Positions 30,715 through 41,472 of a stretch of 64,000 nt of DNA are shown one piece after another. The stretch is from Thermotogota bacterium. Its GTDB lineage: Bacteria; Thermotogota; Thermotogae; Petrotogales; Petrotogaceae. The stretch spans positions 32,001-96,000 of the forward strand of contig JBNJGY010000001.1 of NCBI GenBank assembly GCA_051748045.1. Direction: 5' to 3'. Under the pieces are notes generated by a model. It saw only the letters and a program-made list of their open reading frames with translations, searched no databases and was not told the DNA's origin. Position numbers and translations under genes: made by a program. Numbering within the stretch: the first letter of the stretch is position 1; each line of letters begins with the position of its first letter.

Positions 30715-31326
30715 TTATTCATAGCCTTTTCCTAGTTTAGTAATTATATTGTCTGTTTTAATTTTATATTTTTTATCAATTGATTCATAACCTAATTTTA
30801 AAGCTTTTTCGTCAATTTCATGAAAGCTAGCTTTTACATTTTCTTTCATAGTTTCTATTAGAGTATCTAAAGTAACTATGTTTGTGACTTTAGATAAGAT
30901 TCCTAAGCCAACCATGTTAGCTACATTTAAACTGCCTACATCTTTATAAGCAATTTTAGATGCTGAAACCTTTAATATTTTTTTTGTAATTCTATTAACA
31001 GTTTGAGGCATTTTATTTACGAACTCATCATCATAAAAAACTATTCCATTTTTCTTTAAAAATTCTATGTGATCTAGCCCTAAATTATGCATGATATACA
31101 TTATATTAAATGTATCAGCTTTTGGATAGTCAATTGGTTCTTCATCATATAGTACATCACAATATGATAAACCGCCTCTAACTTGGGCACCATAATGTTG
31201 AGTTTGAACAACCCAAAAACCTTCTTTTACTAAAGCTTGAGCTAAGACCATACCCATTAAAATATTTCCTTGTCCTGCTTCACCTGAGATTCTAATTGCC
31301 CTTGGCTTAGATATAGATAAATTCAT
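30715..31326 (-). CDS. 2-oxoacid:ferredoxin oxidoreductase gamma subunit
   Basis: ISGEAGQG, YGAQVRGG and ANMVGLG motifs. Confidence 0.9.
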   Translation of the reverse strand: MNLSISKPRAIRISGEAGQGNILMGMVLAQALVKEGFWVVQTQHYGAQVRGGLSYCDVLYDEEPIDYPKADTFNIMYIMHNLGLDHIEFLKKNGIVFYDDEFVNKMPQTVNRITKKILKVSASKIAYKDVGSLNVANMVGLGILSKVTNIVTLDTLIETMKENVKASFHEIDEKALKLGYESIDKKYKIKTDNIITKLGKGYE

Positions 31327-32153
31327 TCTGCATCTCCTCCTTCAGAAAATCTTTTCTGAAGTTTTTGATATTCAGATAAGTAGTCTTTTGTTTCTTTATT
31401 TACGAATTCACCAATAACTATTTTGTCTTCTAATTCTTCTTCTGTCATTTCTTTTGCTTTATTTAATGTAACACTGTTATTTTTATAAAATTCTTGCATT
31501 TGGAAAGGTTTTGGCATTTGATTATATCTACCAAAATAAGTATGACAATTTGTAGCTATTTCAACAACAGACATACCTTTATGTTTTAATGCTTTTTCAA
31601 TGTATTTTGCTGATTGCATAAAATGATAAACTGTTGATCTCGCTACATAAGTTGCTCCTGATGTAATCGCAAGTTCTACAGGATCAAACTGATTTTCTAA
31701 GTTTCCATATGGAGCTGTTGAAGCTAATGAATCAGTTGGAGTCATTGGAGAATATTGACCGCCTGTCATTCCGTAAATTGAATTATTAAATAGTATTACT
31801 GTAATATCCATGTTTCTCCTACAAGCATGAATAAAGTGGTTTCCTCCAATAGCTAGCATATCTCCATCTCCACCCATTACTACGACATCGAAATCTGGTC
31901 TTGCTAATTTAACTCCAGTCGCAAAAGCAATAGCTCTTCCATGTAATGTGTGCATAGTGTTAAAATCTAAATAACCAGTTACCCTTGATGAACAACCTAT
32001 TCCTGATACAACAGCGACTTTATTTTTATCGAGTTGTAGTTTGTTAGCTGCTTCTATAAAAGACTTCATTATAATTCCATTTCCACAGCCTGGGCACCAT
32101 ACATGCGACATTCTATCTTTTCTTAGATAGTTAAAATATTTTGCTGATGGCAT
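31323..32153 (-). CDS. 2-oxoacid:ferredoxin oxidoreductase beta (TPP-binding) subunit
   Basis: WCPGCG, SGIGCS, HTLHGRA and GGDGD...NNSIYGMTGGQYSP motifs; ATG 32153 after GGAGG. Confidence 0.93.
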   Translation of the reverse strand: MPSAKYFNYLRKDRMSHVWCPGCGNGIIMKSFIEAANKLQLDKNKVAVVSGIGCSSRVTGYLDFNTMHTLHGRAIAFATGVKLARPDFDVVVMGGDGDMLAIGGNHFIHACRRNMDITVILFNNSIYGMTGGQYSPMTPTDSLASTAPYGNLENQFDPVELAITSGATYVARSTVYHFMQSAKYIEKALKHKGMSVVEIATNCHTYFGRYNQMPKPFQMQEFYKNNSVTLNKAKEMTEEELEDKIVIGEFVNKETKDYLSEYQKLQKRFSEGGDAE

Positions 32154-32181
32154 TAACTGCACCTCCGTAATTTATTGAAAG

Positions 32182-32688
32182 TTATTCCATAATTGAAGTT
32201 TCAATCTGAGATTTTTCAAAAAACAATTTAGTAAGTGAATCTGGATAAGGATTTCTGTAGATGACTTTTTTTATCCCAGCATTTATAACTAATCTAGCAC
32301 AAACAGAACAGGGTTGATGCGTTACGTAAATAGAAGAATTTTCAGTTCTAATACCAAATCTTGCTGCTTGCATTAGAGCATTCTGTTCAGCATGTAAACC
32401 ATAACACACTTCTTGGTGTTCACCACTTAAAATTTCTAAGTCATCTCTGATACATCCTATTTCATCGCAATGAGGAAATCCACTGGGAGGTTGGTTGTAT
32501 CCTGTCGCTAAAATTCTTTTATCTTTTACAATAATTGCACCAACTTTTCTATGAGTACAAGAAGATCTTTGACTTACTAAAAAAGCAACTTCCATAAAAT
32601 ATTCATCCCAAGTTTGATGTTTATCTTGGTTAATTTTATTTATTTTTAATTCTTTTATATGGTTTTTTACTCTATCAGACATTTTCAT
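32182..32688 (-). CDS. dCMP deaminase family protein
   Basis: WDEYFM, ATGYN, HAEQNA and PCSVC motifs. Confidence 0.92.
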   Translation of the reverse strand: MKMSDRVKNHIKELKINKINQDKHQTWDEYFMEVAFLVSQRSSCTHRKVGAIIVKDKRILATGYNQPPSGFPHCDEIGCIRDDLEILSGEHQEVCYGLHAEQNALMQAARFGIRTENSSIYVTHQPCSVCARLVINAGIKKVIYRNPYPDSLTKLFFEKSQIETSIME

Positions 32689-33824
32689 GGCAATTCATCC
32701 CCCATTTCCAATATTTTTTCAAATGCTCTTGAAGAATAATCTATCCCTTTTTTACTAAGTCTTATATTTTCTTTTATTTCAAAATATTCATTATTTTTTA
32801 AAAAATAATATATTTTTTCAAAATATTCTGGATAATCATTTTTAATTTTTTTAATAGGGATTCCTTTCATTAATCTCAAACCCATGAAAAAAGTCTCAAT
32901 TAAATTTTCTTTATAACTGTTTATTTTATAGTATTCATAAGGCTTTTCACTATTTTTTATTTTTTTTATGTAGTATGAAAAATTTTTCGTGTTTACATAT
33001 CTAGTACTATTATAATACCCACCAGCTGAAACACCAAACCCGATATACTCCGAATTTTCCCAATAAATCTTATTATGAAGCGACTCTTTGTCAAAAATTG
33101 CCCAGCTCGAAATCTCATAACGTTTGTACTCATTTTTCTCAAAGTAATCATATATTAAATCAGCATATTCTTCAACCCTTTCTTGATTTGGCATAACAAT
33201 TTTCTTATTATTTATCATTCTATTCAAAACAGATTCATGATTATTATCGTATATGTAATACGATACATGGGGTGGTTTATATTTTGTTATAAATTTCAAA
33301 TTTTCTATAACTGTTGATTTTGTTTCTCCAGGTAGACCAAGTATAAAATCAATATTATAATTCTCAAAATACTTTTCTACACACTCAACAGCACTTAGTA
33401 AAGTTTTTTTATCATTATTTCTGTTAACTGTTTTAAGAATATTATCATTTGTATTCTGAACACCTAAAGATATTCTATTTATACCTAATAATTTATATTT
33501 TTTAAGCAGATTTTCTTCAACATTTTCTGGGTTCATTTCTATTGTAAATTCTTCTAAATTGGAAATATCATAATTAAATGATATTTTTTTTATTATTTTT
33601 TCTATATATCTAAAATCTACATAACTAGGTGTTCCGCCTCCAATATATATTGTCTTGATCTTATTATCATGCATATCATATAAATCTATTTCTTTATTTA
33701 AAGCTTCAAAATAGTTCTCAATTATCGTATTGTTCTTTGTAATTATTGAGGAATAATCACAATAAAAACATTTGTTAGAACAAAAAGGAATATGAATATA
33801 AATTCCAATATTTTTAGAACTCAA
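32685..33824 (-). CDS. hemW: Radical SAM heme chaperone HemW (HemN-like)
   Basis: YIHIPFCSNKCFYCD, GGGTPS, YEISSWA and HNKIYW motifs; likely TTG start at 33824 after GGAGG. Confidence 0.88.
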   Translation of the reverse strand: MSSKNIGIYIHIPFCSNKCFYCDYSSIITKNNTIIENYFEALNKEIDLYDMHDNKIKTIYIGGGTPSYVDFRYIEKIIKKISFNYDISNLEEFTIEMNPENVEENLLKKYKLLGINRISLGVQNTNDNILKTVNRNNDKKTLLSAVECVEKYFENYNIDFILGLPGETKSTVIENLKFITKYKPPHVSYYIYDNNHESVLNRMINNKKIVMPNQERVEEYADLIYDYFEKNEYKRYEISSWAIFDKESLHNKIYWENSEYIGFGVSAGGYYNSTRYVNTKNFSYYIKKIKNSEKPYEYYKINSYKENLIETFFMGLRLMKGIPIKKIKNDYPEYFEKIYYFLKNNEYFEIKENIRLSKKGIDYSSRAFEKILEMGDELP

Positions 33825-34617
33825 AGAAAATACCTCCAGAGTCTTCATCCATCATAAAGATCATAGGTATGTTTAAATTTTTATTAACTAAATATATTTC
33901 ATATCCAAAATCATTTTTCAGTTCTGCTTTTAAGCCAATAAGTAAATCTTGATCAAATAAAGATAAAGGAAAATCTGTAAAAAATATCGGGAAAAAACCA
34001 TCTTCATATGATATCCCAATACCCATTCCTTCGTTATTGTATTTATCAAAATTAACTATTTTCAATGATAAACTATAATCATCAGAAATATCTATCCTCA
34101 TTGGTATTTTAAACCACCTTTGTAGTTGTACATTTAATTTCATAAAATTATTAGTATCATTATTGACTCCAAAAGCAGCGCCTTTAACATATGTTGGAAT
34201 AAAAAATTCATAGAGATTATAATTTAGTTTGCTATAACCTCCTGTAAATACTTCTGTTCTTGAAAATTTTAATGTATTTAATACCCCAAATAATGAATCT
34301 TTTTTTCTTTCTTCATACCCCATTCCAAATTGAGAATTGTTTAATGGTATATTTATAAAAAAATCAAAATATCTAAAGCCTTTTTTTACTTTTATTGTTC
34401 TACCAAATATTTTATTTTCTGTATATAATAAATCATTATCAAAAATATTTATTTGAAATTTATATAAACTTTCTGTTGTTTTATTATAGTCAAATTGAAT
34501 AGCAGGGCTTAAAGTTAAAGATGCGTCTTCTGTTACATCATCTTTTATATTGAAAATAATCTGAGCATTAAGTACTAAAGACATAATCAATAAAATAAAG
34601 ACTAATGATTTTTTCAT
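33814..34617 (-). CDS. Hypothetical secreted beta-strand-rich protein ending in Phe (possible outer-sheath beta-barrel)
   Basis: Signal peptide MKKSLVFILLIMSLVLNA; C-terminus GGIFFEF. Confidence 0.55.
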   Translation of the reverse strand: MKKSLVFILLIMSLVLNAQIIFNIKDDVTEDASLTLSPAIQFDYNKTTESLYKFQINIFDNDLLYTENKIFGRTIKVKKGFRYFDFFINIPLNNSQFGMGYEERKKDSLFGVLNTLKFSRTEVFTGGYSKLNYNLYEFFIPTYVKGAAFGVNNDTNNFMKLNVQLQRWFKIPMRIDISDDYSLSLKIVNFDKYNNEGMGIGISYEDGFFPIFFTDFPLSLFDQDLLIGLKAELKNDFGYEIYLVNKNLNIPMIFMMDEDSGGIFFEF

Positions 34618-34649
34618 ATTTATCACTCCGTTCATAGTTTTATAAGTTA

Positions 34650-34673
34650 AAACCGGGTTTCATACCCGGCTTT
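34650..34673 (-). terminator. Probable terminator/hairpin after gatB
   Basis: CCGGGT-TTCAT-ACCCGG stem with a T-run on the minus strand. Confidence 0.6.
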
Positions 34674-36099
34674 ATTCATTTAAAAGTTTCGCAAATATTT
34701 TATTTACTTTAGCTGGATTTGCTTTACCTTTTGTTTTTTTCATTACTTGACCAACAAAAAAACCTAACAAATTTGTTTTTCCATTTTTATATTTTTCCAC
34801 ATTTTGTTGATTATTATCAAGTATTTCTCTTGCCATTTCTTCAAGCATTTCATCATCATCTATTTGCTCAAGTCCCTTTTCTTTTACAATATCTTCTGGA
34901 TCTTTTCCATCATATACTTCTTCAAAAATATCTTTTGCTATTTTTGTAGATATTTTTCCATCATTTATTAAATTGTATAATTTTTTGAAATATTCAGGAG
35001 TTAGTTTTAAATCTTCTACTTCATCTTCTCTTTCTTTCATTATCCTAGTCATATCACCCATGAACCAATTACTTAAAAATTTACCATCTGATACCAATTC
35101 TGCACATTTTTCATAAAAATCTGCCATATCTTTTGATGAAGCCAATACTCCAGCATCGTATTCTGGTATCCCATATTGTTTTACAAATCTTTCTTGTTTT
35201 TCTTCTGGCAATTCAGGAAGATCTTTTTTTACTTTTTCTATAAACTCATCATCTATTTCTAATATTGGTAAATCAGGTTCTGGGAAATATCTATAATCTG
35301 CTTCTTCTTCTTTTGTTCTCATTGAAAAAGTTTTCTTATTATTTGCATCCCACCTTCTAGTTTCTTGAACCATTGGTTCTTTGTTTTCCATAATTTCAAC
35401 TAATCTTTCTCTTTCATATTCGAGAGCTTTTTCAACAAATTTGAAAGAATTGATGTTTTTTACTTCTACTCTTTTACTAGAATCACCTGTTTCTTCGTTT
35501 ACCACGGATATATTTGCATCACATCTCAAAGCACCCTTTTCCATATCACCACTTGAAATATTAGCATATCTAAGAATATTTCTAAGTCTTTCCATAAATT
35601 CTCTTGCTTCCGCTGCAGACTTTATATCAGGTTCTGTAACTATCTCAATAAGTGGAATACCTGCTCTATTATAGTCTATTAAGCTCTCTTTTGAAGAAGA
35701 AATTTCCTCTCCTTCATGTATCATTTTAGCAGTATCTTCTTCCATATGAATTCTATTTATTCTTATTTTATTATTATTTACTTCAATAAATGCATCTTCT
35801 ATTATTGGTGTGAAATACTGAGTGATTTGATATCCTTTTGGGAGGTCTGGGTAAAAATAATTTTTTCTGTCAAATTTTGATATCTTATTTATTTTTCCAT
35901 TTAATGCAATACCAGCCATCACAGCTAATTTAACAGCATTTTCATTTAAAACCGGTAGCGCTCCAGGTTGCCCTGAACATACTGGACATATGTTTTTATT
36001 TATTTCATTTTCAAAATGATCAGCTGAACAATTACAAAAAGCTTTTGTATCGGTCAATAATTGTGTGTGAATCTCTAGTCCTATTACTGTTCTATACAT
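34672..36099 (-). CDS. gatB: Asp-tRNA(Asn)/Glu-tRNA(Gln) amidotransferase subunit B
   Basis: IGLEIH, RKNYFYPDLPKGYQITQ, HMEED, LRCDANIS, EVKNINS and YRYFPEPD motifs. Confidence 0.97.
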   Translation of the reverse strand: MYRTVIGLEIHTQLLTDTKAFCNCSADHFENEINKNICPVCSGQPGALPVLNENAVKLAVMAGIALNGKINKISKFDRKNYFYPDLPKGYQITQYFTPIIEDAFIEVNNNKIRINRIHMEEDTAKMIHEGEEISSSKESLIDYNRAGIPLIEIVTEPDIKSAAEAREFMERLRNILRYANISSGDMEKGALRCDANISVVNEETGDSSKRVEVKNINSFKFVEKALEYERERLVEIMENKEPMVQETRRWDANNKKTFSMRTKEEEADYRYFPEPDLPILEIDDEFIEKVKKDLPELPEEKQERFVKQYGIPEYDAGVLASSKDMADFYEKCAELVSDGKFLSNWFMGDMTRIMKEREDEVEDLKLTPEYFKKLYNLINDGKISTKIAKDIFEEVYDGKDPEDIVKEKGLEQIDDDEMLEEMAREILDNNQQNVEKYKNGKTNLLGFFVGQVMKKTKGKANPAKVNKIFAKLLNE

Positions 36100-36101
36100 T
36101 A

Positions 36102-37454
36102 TTATTTCACCTCTCCTTGGATTTCTTTTTCAAAGGCATTAGCAATTGCAAGAATTTTATCATCATCATATCTTTTCCCAATAAATTGAAATCCAAAAGG
36201 TAAATCATCTATATTTCCAGCAGGTACGCTAATTGCAGGCAACCCAGCTAAATTTGCAGGAATAGTGAACATATCCATCATATAATAATCTAAAGGTGTT
36301 AATTTTTCAGTGAATTTTGGTGGTAAAACCGGAGCTGTCGGCAAAATAAAAGAATCATATTTTTCTAAGAAATTATCCATTTTAGTTTCGATTATTTTTC
36401 TAACTTTAGAAGCCTTTGAAAAATATTCATCGTAATATGCAGACGATAGATTGAATGTCCCCATCATTATTCTTCTTTTTACTTCTATACCAAAACCATT
36501 ATCTCTTGTTTTTTGATATGTTTCAGTTAACCCTTCTGCTTCTGTTCTTGAACCATATCTAGCTCCATCAAATCTTGATAAATTTGATGAGGCTTCTGAT
36601 GTAGCTACTATATAATATACAGATACAGAATACTCTAATTCTTCAAGATTAACAAGATCCACTTGAGCACCCTTAGATTTAAGAATGTCTACTATATTAT
36701 TAAAATGTTCTGTTATCTTTTTATCAGCATTTTCATTATAGACAATTTTTGGTATTGCAAATTTTTTCCCTTTGATACTTTCTGAATTTATATTTTTTGT
36801 AAGACTCTTTTTATAATCTATTGTTGTTGAATCATTTTCATCTTTACCCTTCATCAATTCTGTTATCAATGCTGTATCTTCTATATTTTCACTAAAGACC
36901 CCAATTTGATCTAATGAAGATGCAAAAGCTGTTAATCCAAACCTAGATAATATCCCATAAGAAGGTTTATATCCTACTACCCCACAAAAAGAAGCAGGTT
37001 GTCTAACTGATCCCCCAGTATCAGAGCCCAATGAAAAAGGAACCATCCCCGCAGCAACAGAAGCTGCGGATCCACCAGAACTTCCTCCTGGAACCCTTTC
37101 AGTATCTACCGGGTTTTTAACAGGTCCAAATGCAGAATATTCATTTGAGCTACCCATAGCAAATTCATCAAGATTTGTTTTCCCTATAATAGAAAACCCT
37201 TTATCGAGAAGCCTTTTTATCACTGTTGCGGTATATACTGAGTTATAATCTTTCAATATTTTTGATGCACAAGTAGTTTTAGTACCCTCTACATTCATAT
37301 TATCTTTAACAGCAAAGGGAATTCCATAAAATTCACCTTCTTTTTTACCCTCTATAAAATCATTACTTATAAAAGCATTTAGATCCTTATTTTTTTCTTC
37401 TAAAATCTTTTGATATTTTTCTATATTATTAGAACCTTTTAACTCATTAATCAT
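36102..37454 (-). CDS. gatA: Asp-tRNA(Asn)/Glu-tRNA(Gln) amidotransferase subunit A
   Basis: GKTNLDEFAMGSS, PGGSSGGS, GSDTGGSVRQPA and SSNLSRFDG motifs. Confidence 0.97.
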   Translation of the reverse strand: MINELKGSNNIEKYQKILEEKNKDLNAFISNDFIEGKKEGEFYGIPFAVKDNMNVEGTKTTCASKILKDYNSVYTATVIKRLLDKGFSIIGKTNLDEFAMGSSNEYSAFGPVKNPVDTERVPGGSSGGSAASVAAGMVPFSLGSDTGGSVRQPASFCGVVGYKPSYGILSRFGLTAFASSLDQIGVFSENIEDTALITELMKGKDENDSTTIDYKKSLTKNINSESIKGKKFAIPKIVYNENADKKITEHFNNIVDILKSKGAQVDLVNLEELEYSVSVYYIVATSEASSNLSRFDGARYGSRTEAEGLTETYQKTRDNGFGIEVKRRIMMGTFNLSSAYYDEYFSKASKVRKIIETKMDNFLEKYDSFILPTAPVLPPKFTEKLTPLDYYMMDMFTIPANLAGLPAISVPAGNIDDLPFGFQFIGKRYDDDKILAIANAFEKEIQGEVK

Positions 37455-37456
37455 TT

Positions 37457-38320
37457 CTATTTCCCCTTCCCTTCGATTATTTCATCTATATCTTTTTCAT
37501 CAATTGTATATTTTTTAGAGCACCATTCACATTTAACTTCAACTTTTCCTTCTTTTTTCATATCTTCTAAATCTTCAATATCAAAATTTACCATTGAATT
37601 TTTTACTTTTGTATAATTACAATCGCATTTATACTGTGCTGTTTTTTCTTCTATATAATCTGCTTCTCCGAAAATATTAATTATATCTCTGATATCATTT
37701 TCTTCATCTAAATAATTAGAGATTGAAGGTAAGCTCATAAATCTCTTTTCAAAATTTATCAATTCTTCTTCTGACATAGATTGATCTAAAACTTGAAGCA
37801 TTACCCCTCCAGATGCTCTCACGCCATCTTTATCCAGTAATACCCCCAATGACACAGCGGAGGGTATTTGTTCAGCTTGGTTCATATAATAAGCTATATC
37901 TTCAGCTATTTCTCCAGAAATTATTTCGACATTTGAAGTAACTGGAGACTTTAATTCCATATCCCTAATTACATGTAGTTCTCCTTTTCCTATTGCTTTT
38001 TGAACATCAAAATGACCATTTTCTTTTATCATTGATTCTATTTTTTTGTTTTTTATATAAGCTTTCACATTTAATTTATTATCAGCTCTAGCAACAATTT
38101 CACCTGCAGGCCCTTCTCCTTCAAAAAATATAGAGACTTTTTCTTTTTCGCTCATCCAATTACCAAGTAAAACAGATGCAGTAGCCACTCTCCCTATGAT
38201 CACAGTAGACATAGGATATAAATCATGTATTTTTTGTATATGAGCTGTCATTTCAGTTGAATCAATTGCTACAACTCTAACTCTATTATTTGCAAAACCA
38301 GCTTGAATTACTCTATTCAC
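37457..38320 (-). CDS. hslO: Redox-regulated chaperone Hsp33
   Basis: SGEIAED, EQIPS and the zinc site CDC...CEWC. Confidence 0.92.
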   Translation of the reverse strand: MNRVIQAGFANNRVRVVAIDSTEMTAHIQKIHDLYPMSTVIIGRVATASVLLGNWMSEKEKVSIFFEGEGPAGEIVARADNKLNVKAYIKNKKIESMIKENGHFDVQKAIGKGELHVIRDMELKSPVTSNVEIISGEIAEDIAYYMNQAEQIPSAVSLGVLLDKDGVRASGGVMLQVLDQSMSEEELINFEKRFMSLPSISNYLDEENDIRDIINIFGEADYIEEKTAQYKCDCNYTKVKNSMVNFDIEDLEDMKKEGKVEVKCEWCSKKYTIDEKDIDEIIEGKGK

Positions 38321-38321
38321 T

Positions 38322-39818
38322 TTACCACCTCGTTGTGACCTTTGTCCCTTTATTTCCAGGGATTAATTTATACTTTTTCAATATTTCTCTTTTATCTTCT
38401 TTCATATATATTCTAACTATTTGAAGTAAATTACTTTGAATAAATTTATAAGCAGGATATTTTGTATACACTTCCTCAAAATCTAATATTTCATTTGACA
38501 AATCTTTGATAAAAACATCAGACGAGAGAAACTCATCAGGGTGTACCAAAGATAATTTATAAGGTGTATCTATTTTAAAAATCTCATCAAAATTTTCTGT
38601 AATATAATATAGTTGTTCTTTATCAATTTTATCAATTTCTGTATTTAAAATATTCTTTATGTTTTTCTTTAAATTATTCAAAAAGTCTTGAGCAACAGAG
38701 ATACTAACAACTGAAGGATCTACTCCTGTTGTGGAAAACGGAAGCTCTTTTATCATTTTCCAAAGATCTCTTTTTCTCAATTTCTCAATCATTTTATGAG
38801 CATACTCCAGTTTTTCTATATTTTGCATTGATTCAGTCTTTAGACTAAACCTCGCATTCTTACCATATATAGAGTCATAAAGAACTTCTAATTCATCTAC
38901 TATTCTTTGATCAGTCAACTTTGAAAATTCATCTAAATCTTCAACTCTACTTGGGAGATCTAATATGTCATAAGCTGATTTTAATACTTCTTGTAGCATT
39001 TGATCCGCAGCTCTAGATGTTTTATGAAAATAAACATTTTTATACATCATAAATCTTGCGAATAAAGATGTATAAATGTCGTCTATAACTTTTATCGAAT
39101 AACATATCTTGCCATCATCAAATAATTCAGCATTCCTTATAATTCTGTCCACAGCACCTGTACCAAAATGTCTAGTACCAGCAAAATAAGAATCCCTAAG
39201 TACAAAATCCATTCTATCTGCTCCAAGCGGGCCTTGAACTATGTTAAAGTCAATGTCTCCTTTCAATTCACCGCTAAAAACATTTTTTATTTTATTTAAT
39301 AATTCTTTGAAATGTTCATCTAAATTGTTTTCGTCAATTTCTTTGTCTAAAGTCAGAGATAAGTCTTTTAGAATATCTTTTTTGAGCCTTGAATCATTCA
39401 AATTTTTATAAACTTTTATAATTTCATCTATCATTTTTGTTGAAATAATTTTTTCTCTAAACTCATCATGTCCATCTTCGTAACCCATACCCTTATAAAC
39501 AATATCATCAAACTGATGGGAATAAGGCCCATGCCCTATATCATGGACAAAACCTGCTAATCTCAATATTCTAAATTTAGAATGGTTTTCTGGATAGATT
39601 TTTTTTGAATATAATCCAGATATATGCATAACACCTAAAGAATGAGAGAATCTAGTATGTGTAGCACTCGGATAAACATACTCAGCTCCTGCTAATTGAG
39701 ATAAATATCTAAGTCGTTGCATATAGCTTGTATCTGAAAATATTATTTCTAATGGATATAAAAATATTTCAGAATGTACAGGATCTCTTGAAACTTTATA
39801 GTATAACGTTTCTGACAT
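38322..39818 (-). CDS. HD-domain phosphohydrolase (SAMHD1/dGTPase-like)
   Basis: RDPVH, QRLRYLSQL, HTRFSHSLG, HDIGHGPYSH, ADRMD and VYFHK motifs. Confidence 0.9.
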   Translation of the reverse strand: MSETLYYKVSRDPVHSEIFLYPLEIIFSDTSYMQRLRYLSQLAGAEYVYPSATHTRFSHSLGVMHISGLYSKKIYPENHSKFRILRLAGFVHDIGHGPYSHQFDDIVYKGMGYEDGHDEFREKIISTKMIDEIIKVYKNLNDSRLKKDILKDLSLTLDKEIDENNLDEHFKELLNKIKNVFSGELKGDIDFNIVQGPLGADRMDFVLRDSYFAGTRHFGTGAVDRIIRNAELFDDGKICYSIKVIDDIYTSLFARFMMYKNVYFHKTSRAADQMLQEVLKSAYDILDLPSRVEDLDEFSKLTDQRIVDELEVLYDSIYGKNARFSLKTESMQNIEKLEYAHKMIEKLRKRDLWKMIKELPFSTTGVDPSVVSISVAQDFLNNLKKNIKNILNTEIDKIDKEQLYYITENFDEIFKIDTPYKLSLVHPDEFLSSDVFIKDLSNEILDFEEVYTKYPAYKFIQSNLLQIVRIYMKEDKREILKKYKLIPGNKGTKVTTRW

Positions 39819-39834
39819 TTTTAATCATCCCCCA

Positions 39835-40506
39835 TTAAAATGAAATTATATCAAATATAACTAAAGCAATAAAACTTGCAGCCCCGACACCTATTAATAA
39901 ATAATAAATGTATTTCCATAGTTTCCAAGAAGATGTTGAAAATCTAATTGGGGTTAACCATCCAAAAGTAAATCCAGCAGCTAAACCTCCTAAATGAGCA
40001 AAGTTATTAATACTTTGAGCGGTAAATCCAAAAATAACATTTATAAGGATTATAGGTAAAAGGGCAGTTCCTGTCATTCCTTGTAAAATTCTTGGAGTAT
40101 CATCTCTAAATCCTGCTCCAAATAAGAGTCCTACTAAACCAAATATAGCACCAGAAGCCCCAACAGAAAAACTTCCTGGTATAATTAAATGTGTCAAAAT
40201 ATTTCCAACTATTCCAGATATCATGAAAACCGAAAAATATTTGTAAGGTCCATATACTTTTTCAACAACATTTCCAAAGTAGAATAAAGCAAACATATTT
40301 AAAAGAATATGGAAAAATCCACCGTGAACGAACATACTTGTTATAAGCCTAATCCATTGACCTTCAGCTACCAAAGGACCATATTGAGCACCAAAAATCA
40401 ATAATATTCTAGGATTATTAAAAGCTGAAAATCCTCCAAAAATAAACATCATTATAAAGATCAAGGCATTTATACCAATAAGATAATTTGTAATTGTTTT
40501 TCGCAT
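39835..40506 (-). CDS. Rhomboid intramembrane serine protease
   Basis: WIRL, HILLNM, GASGAIFG and AHLGG motifs. Confidence 0.94.
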   Translation of the reverse strand: MRKTITNYLIGINALIFIMMFIFGGFSAFNNPRILLIFGAQYGPLVAEGQWIRLITSMFVHGGFFHILLNMFALFYFGNVVEKVYGPYKYFSVFMISGIVGNILTHLIIPGSFSVGASGAIFGLVGLLFGAGFRDDTPRILQGMTGTALLPIILINVIFGFTAQSINNFAHLGGLAAGFTFGWLTPIRFSTSSWKLWKYIYYLLIGVGAASFIALVIFDIISF

Positions 40507-41456
40507 TATTTCTCCTCCCTTATTTGGAAAATTGCTGCAGAAGCTGCTCCTAATATTCCTGCATTTTCTACTAAGTTTGATTGTTCTATTTTATATGTGT
40601 TTATGAAACTCTTCATGATGTATTTCTTCACCCTTTCTCTCAATGGCTCAAACAAAGTTTTTCCAGCTTTTGACATACCTCCACCAACTACTATCATTTC
40701 TGGATTAAAGATATGTATATAAGCCCCAAAAGCTCTTGCCATTGCATCGATAGTATCTTGCACAACGGTTTTCGCAAGATAATCATTTTCTTCAAAAGCC
40801 ATAAAAACATGTTTAGATTCTATGTCTTCAATTGATTTTGCCATTTGTAAAACTTTTGAATCTGGGTATCTAATTGCTAATTCTTTTGCATGTCTTGCAA
40901 CTGACTTTGCAGATGCTATTGATTCTAAACATCCTCTATTTCCACAACCACAAAGTGGTCCATTAGGGGTTACTACTATATGACCAAGTTCTGCACCAAT
41001 TCCATCATTTCCAGTCATAAATACTCCATGTGTAACCACCCCTGATCCAACCCCTGTTCCCAAAGTTACTGCAACAAAATTTTGCATTCCTTTTGCCTTA
41101 CCAAAATACCATTCACCAAGAGTAAATGAATTGGCATCGTTTTCAACAAACACTTCTTTATTGGTTAGTTTGTTTAATTTTTTTGCTAGCTTAAAATCAT
41201 GCCATTCAGGGAAGTTTGGAGAAAATCTTACAATCCCTTTTTTCCTATCTATAGAGCCAGGTGATCCTATGCCAATAGCATCTATTTTCATTTCAGGATC
41301 AAGTTCTCTTACAGCATCATTTATATTTTCAACTATTTTATCTGGTCCTTTATAAACTTCTGTAGCTCTGTTTGTTTTCTTTAAAAGACCTTCTTTTTCA
41401 TCTACTAAACCAGCTTTTATTTCTGTGCCACCTAAATCAACACCGATTATTTTCAT
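40506..41456 (-). CDS. glk: ROK-family glucokinase
   Basis: GVDLGGT, ENDAN, GTGVGSG, AELGH and CGCGNRGCLE motifs. Confidence 0.88.
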   Translation of the reverse strand: MKIIGVDLGGTEIKAGLVDEKEGLLKKTNRATEVYKGPDKIVENINDAVRELDPEMKIDAIGIGSPGSIDRKKGIVRFSPNFPEWHDFKLAKKLNKLTNKEVFVENDANSFTLGEWYFGKAKGMQNFVAVTLGTGVGSGVVTHGVFMTGNDGIGAELGHIVVTPNGPLCGCGNRGCLESIASAKSVARHAKELAIRYPDSKVLQMAKSIEDIESKHVFMAFEENDYLAKTVVQDTIDAMARAFGAYIHIFNPEMIVVGGGMSKAGKTLFEPLRERVKKYIMKSFINTYKIEQSNLVENAGILGAASAAIFQIREEK

Positions 41457-41472
41457 CTATATCACCATCCAA

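Noticed and set aside
30715-32153. Oxidoreductase beta and gamma subunits without alpha/delta, and an orphan cheB nearby
   Set aside because: To my recollection the same split arrangement occurs in Thermotoga maritima; partner genes are probably elsewhere in the genome.
34672-37454. gatA-gatB without adjacent gatC
   Set aside because: An unlinked gatC is ordinary; absence from one window is not informative.
38322-39818. SAMHD1-like HD protein and dCMP deaminase as a nucleotide-depletion defence system
   Set aside because: Both sit in a long housekeeping run (glk, rhomboid, hslO, gatAB, hemW), 5.6 kb apart, with no defence context.
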